In this document: piece by piece, positions 23,400 through 32,362 of the stretch
How positions within the stretch are numbered: the stretch's first letter is position 1
How the letters are laid out: the number at the start of each line of letters is the position of its first letter
IMG/VR virus record: IMGVR_UViG_3300042519_004024
Coordinates: 62,001-126,000 of that record
Reading direction: 5' to 3' (one strand)
Length of the DNA stretch: 64,000 bases
Notes under the pieces: generated by a model
Database searches by the model: none
What the model was told of the DNA's origin: nothing
Seen by the model: only the letters and a program-made list of their open reading frames with translations
Program-made: the position numbers and the translations under genes

Positions 23400-24335
23400 A
23401 AAAAGAACGCTGAGATTACACGTTTATGTGAGAATCTTTTGAAGGATTATTTTTTCCCTTCGTATCCACCATCTTTTGAATGGTACTTCTCAGTGACGAT
23501 TATTTAGGTGAATCACTCCTTGAGGTATCAATTACTCTCTCATTACTCAACTCTCTTCGAGGATGCCTCCCCAACTAATCCTTGCGGGATTAGAGGTTTT
23601 TGGTAAGAATGTAGTTCAACTTGCGGTATCACTACGCAACGAACGGCTCGTTACTATGTAGTCACCTTTCATTGACACCTGACGGACACTTTTGCTTTAT
23701 AGTTCTTAATTTTACTTAATTAGCTGTAAAGTTTTTTGTGTCGTGGATTGATCGAAGTAGTGGTCCGTCTTTCAGCTTCGTTATCTTTTGAACAACGAAA
23801 TACCAAACTACTCCGTGAAATGTCCCCATTTCCATATTTCAAGATTACTTCGAGATTTAACCTTTGGTAAGGTTCAATCAAGGACAATGTCAGCACCACC
23901 TGTTTGTTGTCATACCTTTCGGTTTTAAGTATCCTATCATAATGGAACACGCAATAATAAAATCGGATAATCTTATTTTTTGCACTATTCCTACGGGTTA
24001 TTCCTATTGGTGTTCCCACCTCAAACTGACAACCCACATTGCCAGTTCGTCTAACCACTTTCCCTACAGCGTTGCCCTCGGTACTAAAGGTTATACGGTA
24101 TCCCGCTTGTGTACTCGATCTCGACAAGTCCGAAGACTCACCAAGACGCAAACCCAACACACTTAAGGGTTCACTTTATCCTACTTTCGTAGTTTATTTT
24201 AATGGACCATACACGGCCCAATGACTTAATTTAGTTTCACACTTAAAGAAAGGGAGGTGTTAATTCTCTTCTTTTATTTTGTGACGACTGTTTCAGTCGG
24301 ATTTAGATTTTCAAAGAACGTTTCAGGACTTTTCC
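23400..24335 (-). ncRNA. Large ornate ncRNA candidate, GOLLD-like (~940 nt)
   Basis: GC-elevated, no credible CDS; hairpins GTC-TTCG-GAC, CTAC-GAAA-GTAG, CTAATCCC-GCAA-GGATTAG, ACC-GAAA-GGT; AGTA/GAA motifs; TAACTTTG promoter 24348-24355. Confidence 0.7.
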
Positions 24336-24396
24336 TGATTTGTTTTACAAAGTTAAGTCTTTTTTTTTGATTAGACAAGTACTTTGTGAACTTTTT

Positions 24397-24540
24397 TTAA
24401 AATTTTTCTACGTACACTTTTTCGGTTCCGTATTTAATCGACATTAAATGTGCAAATTCCAAATTTGGTGTTACCACTTTTTGTCCTTTGTCGTTAACGT
24501 AGGAGTAAATTTCATTTTCTTTAATTGTTTCTTCTGACAT
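24397..24540 (-). CDS. Small hypothetical protein, 47 aa
   Basis: Hand translation MSEETIKENEIYSYVNDKGQKVVTPNLEFAHLMSIKYGTEKVYVEKF. Confidence 0.55.
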   Translation of the reverse strand: MSEETIKENEIYSYVNDKGQKVVTPNLEFAHLMSIKYGTEKVYVEKF

Positions 24541-24709
24541 TTTAAAAAACTTTTTATTATTATTAATGACTTTTGATAATCTTAATGATATTAATTTGTT
24601 TTGTCAAATGTTTAAAGAAAAAAAATGAATTTTTTACGGAAGTATATATAAATATATCATTCAATACCAAAAAACACATTTTTTAAATTTTTTTTGAATA
24701 TTTATTAGT

Positions 24710-25063
24710 ATGAAATTATTAATTAATGATAACCTATTTAGATGTAAGGTTTGTAACACACCTGAATCGATTACAAAGGGTATGATGAAAAGGAGATTCG
24801 AAGGTTTTGATTGTATGGTTTTTTTAATGCCGGAAAAAAAGAACCAAGAATTTTGGATGTATGATTGTTTAATACCTTTAGATATTGTTATGGTTAATGA
24901 TAATATTATAGAAACCATTAATTCAAATTGTCCTCCATGTAAAGACACATCATCTTGTGAATATTATAATGGTTTCGGGAATGTTGTTTTAGAATTTGAA
25001 GGTGGTACCTGTAACACTTTAGGTATTAAATCAGGTGACAAGATAAAAATTGGGTTGAGTTAA
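24710..25063 (+). CDS. DUF192-family protein
   Basis: TPESITKGMM, MVFL, FWMYDCLIPLDIV, VLEFEGG. Confidence 0.85.
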   Translation: MKLLINDNLFRCKVCNTPESITKGMMKRRFEGFDCMVFLMPEKKNQEFWMYDCLIPLDIVMVNDNIIETINSNCPPCKDTSSCEYYNGFGNVVLEFEGGTCNTLGIKSGDKIKIGLS

Positions 25064-26571
25064 CCGTTTTTTATTTTACTATTTAATATTTCAACAAACT
25101 TATCTCTTATGTCTTTTGTTAGTTCTGTCGTTCCTCTTCCTTGTTTTGGATTTGCAAGTGATTCAACATCAATACCTTCTCTCTTCATTCCACTAATAGC
25201 CGCTTGAATTTGTTTTTCAGAAAGTTTTCTAAACCTTAAAAGTTTTTGTTTTATATCTTGTATGAATGTATTTGGTCCTTCATAAAATGCAATTGGTATA
25301 GCTTCTGCCGGTAAGTCTTTGGTGTATGGTTTATCGTAACCACTATAAACAAAACCAATACCCGAAATAGTTGTTATACACTTATGTCCACCAGCATTTG
25401 CAACCAAATAGTCATATGCACTTATTGTATTTGTTTCAGGATTATAAGAAGGCATTTCCCCATAAATTGCGTCCATATCTTTTTGTGTAAACCCAACAGA
25501 ATCTTTTGTTGCCTTTTTTTCAGAAACTTTTTTAATTATCTTATAAGGTAAAATTACTTGTTCAAGTTCAGGTTTGAAACTTAAGAGTACCTCGTCTTTT
25601 ATTTTTCCTAAATCAACCCCTTTTAGTTCCCTATCCGCTTTATAAGGATTACAAGATGCTTGAACCAAACCTACAGGTGCTCCAAGCCCTGTCACTAAAA
25701 AGTCAGCATCAGGGTTTAAGTCAAATGGTGTATATCTATCATATGAACCCTTTTTCATTGATCCTAAACCAAATTGGTATAGTACTCCGCCTTCTTTTTG
25801 GATTACCCCTTCTTTTGATCTATCTTCAAGATATTTTTCTTGGTTTTTTTGCATCGTCTCTACTGAAGCATATCCTTGATCTTTTGCAATTTTTGTTATT
25901 GTATTATATAAATTTTCTAATGATGGTTCGCACTTCATTACTAGGTATTCAAGTAAATCTCTACCATCAACCTTATCATTTTTATAAGCCAAAAGTAGTT
26001 TATTTACAACAAGCCCCATCATCATTTTATTTCTTCTAACACTTTGATCCTTATCGTATTTAAAAATAAAATTCATTACCATTTTTGTTGTAATCTGATT
26101 TGTGGCAAAATTTGCAGAATCAATTGTTGATACGACATATAAATCTTCATCTTTAAATAAATCTTTTGGTGAAATTGTTTGAGAAATTGTTTCAACATTT
26201 GATCTTGAGTGTTTGAAACTGGTTTTTGTATCTTTTTCAACACCAACTTGTGAGTCGTGGTGATCAGTATGAATTTCAAACATTGGTTTTCCGTGTGCAA
26301 AATCAACAAGAACAGGCATAATTTCTCCACTTCCATCCGGTTTTTTAACTGCCCATTCTTTTTCACCGTATTGGATTATTTCGCAATCAACAACTTTAAA
26401 CCCTTGGTTTTCAAGGTACTTTTTCATTGCAATTGCAGTTGTAACTCCATCCAAATCTTGATGAAAGTATATTTTTGCTTTCTTGTACCTTTTAAGAAGT
26501 TCATTTATATCTCTAATACCTGACTCTTTAATAAGTTGTTTTAATTGACTTTCAGTTATAATAATTTTCAT
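25060..26571 (-). CDS. DHH-family phosphoesterase with leader peptide
   Basis: MKIIITESQLKQLIKES; YFHQDLDG, VDFAH, TDHH motifs; NAGGHK. Confidence 0.85.
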   Translation of the reverse strand: MKIIITESQLKQLIKESGIRDINELLKRYKKAKIYFHQDLDGVTTAIAMKKYLENQGFKVVDCEIIQYGEKEWAVKKPDGSGEIMPVLVDFAHGKPMFEIHTDHHDSQVGVEKDTKTSFKHSRSNVETISQTISPKDLFKDEDLYVVSTIDSANFATNQITTKMVMNFIFKYDKDQSVRRNKMMMGLVVNKLLLAYKNDKVDGRDLLEYLVMKCEPSLENLYNTITKIAKDQGYASVETMQKNQEKYLEDRSKEGVIQKEGGVLYQFGLGSMKKGSYDRYTPFDLNPDADFLVTGLGAPVGLVQASCNPYKADRELKGVDLGKIKDEVLLSFKPELEQVILPYKIIKKVSEKKATKDSVGFTQKDMDAIYGEMPSYNPETNTISAYDYLVANAGGHKCITTISGIGFVYSGYDKPYTKDLPAEAIPIAFYEGPNTFIQDIKQKLLRFRKLSEKQIQAAISGMKREGIDVESLANPKQGRGTTELTKDIRDKFVEILNSKIKNG

Positions 26572-26594
26572 ATTAATAAATACCCATTAAAATA

Positions 26595-26620
26595 AAAAAC
26601 CCACTATAATGGTGGGTTTT
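26595..26620. terminator. Bidirectional-type terminator
   Basis: A-run, CCCAC-TATAATG-GTGGG, T-run. Confidence 0.7.
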
Positions 26621-26697
26621 GTTTTGTTTGTTTTAAATTTAATTTTAAGTAAAATAATATTTTTTCTTATTTTTTGTTTTTTAAGTTTAAATAAATA

Positions 26698-27072
26698 TTA
26701 ATTACGGTAGGCATAAAAACCAAACCTAAATCCCTGAGCGGTTAAATCTTTAACTTTTTGTACTAAATTGTCAAATCCTACAATATTATATTTACCAACT
26801 AGCATCATTAATTCATTTAAAAATTCAGCATCAGTTTCATTACCTTGTCCAGAGCTCACAAGTTCTGAATTATAACTAGGTGCTCCTTTTCTTATTTCAC
26901 CATATGTTTTTCCAACAGAAGCCATTTCATCATCACTATTTGGTGTAAAATCAGATGACGAATCTTTTGGTCTACCATATCCGGTATTGTTACCCTCTTC
27001 CTCAGTTTCTTTAATGATTTGTCTAACAATATGTGATAAATCTCTTTCTGTTAATTTTACAATTCTTTTCAT
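26698..27072 (-). CDS. LTESDL-leader family protein
   Basis: MKRIVKLTERDLSHIVRQIIKET. Confidence 0.85.
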   Translation of the reverse strand: MKRIVKLTERDLSHIVRQIIKETEEEGNNTGYGRPKDSSSDFTPNSDDEMASVGKTYGEIRKGAPSYNSELVSSGQGNETDAEFLNELMMLVGKYNIVGFDNLVQKVKDLTAQGFRFGFYAYRN

Positions 27073-27114
27073 AATTTGATTTTAATTATAAATATAACTT
27101 AAATTAAAAAAAAA

Positions 27115-27966
27115 CTATAATGGTGGGGTTTTTTGTAGGATTTCTAATGTTTTGAAGTATTCAACTCTTGTTCTTGCAATATTTGTATAATTTTCACTTA
27201 GTTCTATTCCCAACCATCTTCGGTCAAGTATTTGTGCTGCCACTAAACTAGTACCACTACCGGCAAATGGGTCCATAACTATATCGTTCTTGTAGGACAA
27301 TATTTTGATTGCTTTAGTTGGGATGTCCATCGAAAACGTTGCCTTGGTGAGTGACTTAGTGTCTGCAAAGTAATTCCACTGACCAAAAACAAGTTCCATA
27401 AACTCTTTCTTATCTTCTTCTTCATATACCACTTTCTTTTTTATTGTACCGTCCTCCTGTTCAATTTCAGTTGGTACTCCTTTCCATTGTGGTTCTCCCT
27501 TAACCTTTTTGATGTGATGTTTTTTGTAAGCCAAAATTACACACTCCTTTGGATTATAAATATATGGACTTGATGGTGACATCCAAGAACCCCAAGCAGT
27601 TGTCTTACTACGATGAGGTGATTGTTCTTCTAAATCTACGATCCCAAAGAACCCAAACCCAATTTCTTTCATTATTTGATACATTTCAGAAACAAAGAAA
27701 ATTCTTCCACCTTTTTTTTGTCTATTTATTTCGTAAGGTATGTTCAACGCAATGCGTCCGTCATCCTTCAATACGTTATAAGCCTCTGTTAACCAATTTC
27801 TTGCAAACACAACATAATCATCAAACTCAACATCATCGTCGTGTGTATCATACGCAATACCAACCCCATAAGGTGGTGATGTGACAATTAAATCAACACT
27901 ACCTTCAGGTAATGTTTTCATCACATCAACACAATCTCCAGTTATTATTTTTCCTGTTTCTATCAT
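27115..27966 (-). CDS. Beta-class N4/N6 DNA methyltransferase
   Basis: VTSPPY precedes DPFAGSGTS. Confidence 0.92.
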   Translation of the reverse strand: MIETGKIITGDCVDVMKTLPEGSVDLIVTSPPYGVGIAYDTHDDDVEFDDYVVFARNWLTEAYNVLKDDGRIALNIPYEINRQKKGGRIFFVSEMYQIMKEIGFGFFGIVDLEEQSPHRSKTTAWGSWMSPSSPYIYNPKECVILAYKKHHIKKVKGEPQWKGVPTEIEQEDGTIKKKVVYEEEDKKEFMELVFGQWNYFADTKSLTKATFSMDIPTKAIKILSYKNDIVMDPFAGSGTSLVAAQILDRRWLGIELSENYTNIARTRVEYFKTLEILQKTPPL

Positions 27967-28418
27967 TTTTTCTCTAATGTTTTAATGTGGTGTTCTAAAT
28001 ACCACAACGCCTTTTTAAGGTCTTGTAATTCTTTATCTTTTTCTTTTTTGCCTGCTCTTGATATATACTTAACTGTATTTCCAAGTGAGAAACCTAAGTC
28101 CCAAGCATCAATCACTTTAATTGCCTCATATGGGTTGTTTTCCCCCCCGTAATGTTGTGGGTGGTTTACTTGTTCTTTTTGTGGTGGTGGGGGTATATTT
28201 TTATATGACAAATCATTATTTTCTTCTTCTGACATTTTATTATTTTTATCTATATAGTCTAATATTTCTTCCCGTGTTTTTCCTTGACTGAATAACTTAT
28301 AAACTTCTTTTGAAAATTCATCTGTTGTAAATATTGCATCAGCATCGAGATATTCCATTATTCTATCTAAATTTAGAATAATGTGATATTTACTTAGATA
28401 CCTCTTGTTGAATCCCAT
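27963..28418 (-). CDS. DUF3310 (SaV-like) domain protein with N-terminal extension
   Basis: VNHPQHY...EAIKVI...GNTVKYISRAGKK...DLKKALWYL. Confidence 0.8.
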   Translation of the reverse strand: MGFNKRYLSKYHIILNLDRIMEYLDADAIFTTDEFSKEVYKLFSQGKTREEILDYIDKNNKMSEEENNDLSYKNIPPPPQKEQVNHPQHYGGENNPYEAIKVIDAWDLGFSLGNTVKYISRAGKKEKDKELQDLKKALWYLEHHIKTLEKK

Positions 28419-28530
28419 TTTTTTGGTTTTTAATCTCTAATATCATTTTTCTGATTTGTTTACCTAAATCCATATCGTTTGGATTTTCTTTCACTAATTG
28501 TTCTAAAACTGTTAATTTAACATCTTCCAT
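28390..28530 (-). CDS. Small hypothetical protein, 46 aa
   Basis: Hand translation MEDVKLTVLEQLVKENPNDMDLGKQIRKMILEIKNQKNGIQQEVSK. Confidence 0.55.
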   Translation of the reverse strand: MEDVKLTVLEQLVKENPNDMDLGKQIRKMILEIKNQKNGIQQEVSK

Positions 28531-28556
28531 AATTTTTTTATTAAAAAAGTATTAAA

Positions 28557-29306
28557 TTATATTTTACTTGTCAAATTTTTGTGTCTGATAATTTTTGACT
28601 GTATCACATAATTCATAATTTTTCTTTTTACTATAGGTAGTAAGGTTTCTTTCAAGGGGTAGTCGTTACTATGGTTAACGTTAAAAACTATTAATTTACT
28701 ATGAATGTCTTCATTTTGTAAATTTTTAATCAATGTATTTTTAACTTCTTTAAGTTTTTCATTAAAGTCAGATTTTGAGCATTCACATATTTTTTTTATC
28801 TGACATTTTGTTTCTAAGGATCCCCTCTTTATTGGTTTAATAACAAATTCATATAATAATGTTTTATCCTTATAATCTAAAAAAAATAACCCTTGTTTTG
28901 GGTCTATGTTTTTTGGGTTTTGTACAGCACTTATTGACACTGTATCATTAACAATATCCCAAATTGCCTTAGCGTGATTAAAATAATCTTTAAGACTTTC
29001 TGTGGAATATCTACAAATATGGTATATTTCTAATACCTCTTCCTTTGTTAATAAAGGACAGTCTACCGAAACTAAATCTGATATTAAAATTTCGTCATCT
29101 GGATCCTTTAATGTTTTATTAAGAATAAGGTATTGCCCTTTTTCTATTAAAAGATTGATACTCGCAAGATGTAAGGATATTTCTTGAAATTGTGGATATA
29201 ATTTTAAATTATTTAAATTCTTATCTAATTTTTGTAGATAATCTAAAAGAACATATTGTTTATGCTCTAAATCTATGGGTTCTTGAAATAACCAATCCGT
29301 TTTCAT
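28557..29306 (-). CDS. Conserved hypothetical protein
   Basis: WLFQEPIDLEHKQYVLLDYLQ recalls a Bacteroidota hypothetical family (from memory). Confidence 0.75.
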   Translation of the reverse strand: MKTDWLFQEPIDLEHKQYVLLDYLQKLDKNLNNLKLYPQFQEISLHLASINLLIEKGQYLILNKTLKDPDDEILISDLVSVDCPLLTKEEVLEIYHICRYSTESLKDYFNHAKAIWDIVNDTVSISAVQNPKNIDPKQGLFFLDYKDKTLLYEFVIKPIKRGSLETKCQIKKICECSKSDFNEKLKEVKNTLIKNLQNEDIHSKLIVFNVNHSNDYPLKETLLPIVKRKIMNYVIQSKIIRHKNLTSKI

Positions 29307-29355
29307 TGAAATTTTTAAGATAAAAGTAAGTGAAAGATTAAAGAGTGTAAATAAA

Positions 29356-30531
29356 TTAATTATATCTCATGACGTGATACCAAGTATCTCCTATTTTATA
29401 TTCATCGTCATTACCGTCATAACCATTTAGTATGTTTCCGTAACCATCACTTCTAATCACATAATCAATAAGCTCGTCCATGTCAACAAAATCTAATATA
29501 AAGTCTTTGTCATATCCACGATTTTCTATAAAACTAGCAAAATCATCAGCATATTCGTCAACTTGTGATTCTATAGCGTCTTCTATATCATCTTCACTAT
29601 AATCGCCTTCAGGGTTTTCTTTAATATCTTCAATTAATTGTTCAGAATCATATATTTCATCTTCAATTTGAGATATCTGTTCTTCACTTAGACTTTGGGT
29701 GTTTAATTTATTTTTTAAATCAAATATCTTTTTTTCATAAATTTCAACATACTTTTCTTGTTGTGCTGACAACTCTTTACTTATATTCCATCCTTCAGGA
29801 TCATCTCTTATTGCGTCTTCAAAATCATTGTATAACCATCTTCTAACTTCATCGTCATTTAAATGTTGTTCCCAAACGTGTGAATAAAAGGCTTCATAAC
29901 CCATTTGTTCAATATCGGATTCTAATTTTTCGTAAGCAGCGTCACCAATTTCATTATCCGCATATACTAACCATTCTGATTCAAATTTATCTTCACCTAA
30001 CCAAGTATAATACCCTCCTTTACCATAGTGTTGGTATTTTTCTTTATAAAGATTATATTTATCTTCACCTTCCTCTACAATACCACTATTTAATAAATGA
30101 TCGAATATCGCTTCAGTTTCTTCAGAAACTTTTTCACCGTTTTCAACCTTCCAGGCACCTTCTTCTCTTAATTCTTCTTGTATTTCGCGTTTTATTTTTA
30201 AAACTTTTTCCCTTTCTAAACGATACATTTTAGAACGATGATAATAAAAGCTACCCCTAACTTTAGATTTGTCAAAATAAGGAACTTGTGAATTACCTAA
30301 ATCAAGACCACCATTAACATAGTCAATACTATCAATATTTGTTACATCATCGTCAATTACTAAATCACCAGTAATTGCAATTTTTTTACCCCTATATTGT
30401 GGGAACATTTTAATCATTGCTCCATCACCGTTAACGTACTTTAAAAGATCGTTATACTCATCAGGTGAGACTTCAACCCATTCTTCAGATTGTTCACTTA
30501 AAACCTTTCTAATAATATTTCTTACAAACAT
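29356..30531 (-). CDS. Leader-family acidic protein
   Basis: MFVRNIIRKVLSEQ; TATTTAT 30537-30543; D/E-rich. Confidence 0.8.
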   Translation of the reverse strand: MFVRNIIRKVLSEQSEEWVEVSPDEYNDLLKYVNGDGAMIKMFPQYRGKKIAITGDLVIDDDVTNIDSIDYVNGGLDLGNSQVPYFDKSKVRGSFYYHRSKMYRLEREKVLKIKREIQEELREEGAWKVENGEKVSEETEAIFDHLLNSGIVEEGEDKYNLYKEKYQHYGKGGYYTWLGEDKFESEWLVYADNEIGDAAYEKLESDIEQMGYEAFYSHVWEQHLNDDEVRRWLYNDFEDAIRDDPEGWNISKELSAQQEKYVEIYEKKIFDLKNKLNTQSLSEEQISQIEDEIYDSEQLIEDIKENPEGDYSEDDIEDAIESQVDEYADDFASFIENRGYDKDFILDFVDMDELIDYVIRSDGYGNILNGYDGNDDEYKIGDTWYHVMRYN

Positions 30532-30618
30532 ATATTATAAATACTTTCTATTTACAAATGATTATTTTATAATTATCAAATATTTATATAGAACATAAAC
30601 CTATTAAAAAATTTAGTC

Positions 30619-30774
30619 ATGGGATGCGGATGTAAAAACAAAAATAACGGACAGCAACAACAACCTGAACAAGGTGTTAATACTACTGTTGTTAATACAC
30701 AACAACAACAAAACAACGAGTCTGTTAAAACTTCAATCCAAAAAATTGTAGAAAAATATTACAATAAAAAATAA
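30619..30774 (+). CDS. Small MGCGCK protein, 51 aa
   Basis: Hand translation MGCGCKNKNNGQQQQPEQ...IQKIVEKYYNKK; TATTTAT 30581-30587. Confidence 0.7.
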   Translation: MGCGCKNKNNGQQQQPEQGVNTTVVNTQQQQNNESVKTSIQKIVEKYYNKK

Positions 30775-30839
30775 TTACTGTTTAGTGTATTCTTTTTTTT
30801 ATTTAAGATTGTTTTAAAATAAACAACTAAATAAAAATT

Positions 30840-31727
30840 ATGAGTACAATAAATGTTTACAATTTTTTAGATGGTGCTAACCTTTGTAATATTTTTGCAA
30901 ATTTAATAGTATTGAAAATAAAAGAATCCTTTCCTGACGCAAAAACTGAAATTTCAGTAATAAACGTCAGGAATTTTTTTATTATTAAAGGGCAAACAAC
31001 ATCTGAAACACTTATTAATATTGCCGAAATTTTCCAAGATTTTTTAAATAACTATAACGAAGAATTATCTAAAAAAGTTAGAGTATTTGATATGATTCTT
31101 TACGGTAAAGAGTTTGATGATTTACCTTTAAATATATCATATAAAGAAATCAAGAAAGAATCGATTAAAATAAATAATCTACAGAAAATGATTAATAATC
31201 ATTCAAAAAATAAAATCTACTTTAATATTAAACTTGACGAACTTTCAAAGATAGTTTTTTTTGATTGTCAAAATGAACAATATAGTGATGTTAAAAACAT
31301 TTTAGAAAAGGAGTTTGTAGGGTACGAACTTATTAAGCACGATTTTTCAAATGAGACATATATTTCAGAAAAAATTTACGGACAATCGATGCACAATGAA
31401 AAACCTTATTTATTATTATTTAAATTTATATCAGATCACCTTTTTAAATTAGGTATTAGTAAAGAAGTTGATATGTCGATATCAAGTGTATTACATACAA
31501 AAGATATAACAAATGAAAATATTAATTTAATAATTTCAAATGATAACCATATAGTTAAAAGAGAATGGTTGGAATCTTTAGTTATGGATGTTTTTCCTTT
31601 TGAATTAGAAAAATTAAAAATTCGTTTTTCGGATTGTGATGATTTAACAAGTTTTGTTATAGACTCAGATACCGATAACTACTCAGTATCTGATTTATCT
31701 ATAAGACACGAAATGATATTAATCTAA
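30840..31727 (+). CDS. Degenerate S-adenosylmethionine synthetase-fold protein
   Basis: LCNIFANLIV...PDAKTEISV...FIIKGQTTS parallels the MAT N-domain; GHPDK absent. Confidence 0.55.
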   Translation: MSTINVYNFLDGANLCNIFANLIVLKIKESFPDAKTEISVINVRNFFIIKGQTTSETLINIAEIFQDFLNNYNEELSKKVRVFDMILYGKEFDDLPLNISYKEIKKESIKINNLQKMINNHSKNKIYFNIKLDELSKIVFFDCQNEQYSDVKNILEKEFVGYELIKHDFSNETYISEKIYGQSMHNEKPYLLLFKFISDHLFKLGISKEVDMSISSVLHTKDITNENINLIISNDNHIVKREWLESLVMDVFPFELEKLKIRFSDCDDLTSFVIDSDTDNYSVSDLSIRHEMILI

Positions 31728-32006
31728 TAAATACTCTTTAACCATTTTAACGCCCTCGTGGATATCTTCATAATCTCTATCGGGGGCTAATAATTTAACA
31801 TTAAATGGTTCATCGTTTTCATCTAAAGTTAATAACATTAAAGAAGGTACGTATTCGTTATTTGTAACATTTACATACTCATTATACTCTTCCTCAAAAT
31901 CATCAATATCCCTTTCAATGAATAATATGTTATTTTTTGTAAATTCTTCTTTTATTTGGGTACAGAATGGGCACCCTTTCATTGTGTAAACTACCGTAAC
32001 TTTCAT
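31719..32006 (-). CDS. Glutaredoxin-like protein
   Basis: YTMKGCPFC; YVP cis-Pro motif. Confidence 0.85.
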   Translation of the reverse strand: MKVTVVYTMKGCPFCTQIKEEFTKNNILFIERDIDDFEEEYNEYVNVTNNEYVPSLMLLTLDENDEPFNVKLLAPDRDYEDIHEGVKMVKEYLLD

Positions 32007-32008
32007 AA

Positions 32009-32362
32009 CTAATTGAATGTATAATACTTTTTTAATCCATTTATAAGAAGGGTAAACGTTTGATCCTCACTACCTTCATTTAATATATATAATTTATATA
32101 TATTCTCATCTTTATTTCTTTTATAATATATCATTAATTTACCGTACTCTATCACACCCTCTAACTCAATAACCAAATCCAATAAATTAAATCTATCGTA
32201 CCATATTTTTTTATTCTTTTCAAAAAGTGTGTTTAATCCCTCTATTGTTATATTTCTAGTCCTAGTAATACACGGATAGTTTTCATATTTTTTAAGATAT
32301 AAATCTAAAACATGTTGGGGTAAAACCTTTTCTGTATTTTCTTCAATTTTATGGTAATTCAT
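32009..32362 (-). CDS. Hypothetical protein
   Basis: ORF track; ATG 32362 preferred. Confidence 0.7.
   Translation of the reverse strand: MNYHKIEENTEKVLPQHVLDLYLKKYENYPCITRTRNITIEGLNTLFEKNKKIWYDRFNLLDLVIELEGVIEYGKLMIYYKRNKDENIYKLYILNEGSEDQTFTLLINGLKKYYTFN

Noticed and set aside
23720-24224. ORFs 23720-24160, 23864-24166, 24039-24224
   Set aside because: Inside the large ncRNA candidate, mutually overlapping, atypical composition.
27110-27133. Terminator after the methyltransferase at 27115
   Set aside because: Only the right half of the 26600 hairpin is present, so no stem can form.
27963-28418. Frameshift or read-through fusion in the DUF3310 ORF
   Set aside because: Continuous frame with no slippery site or internal stop; an internal start at MSEEENN cannot be excluded.
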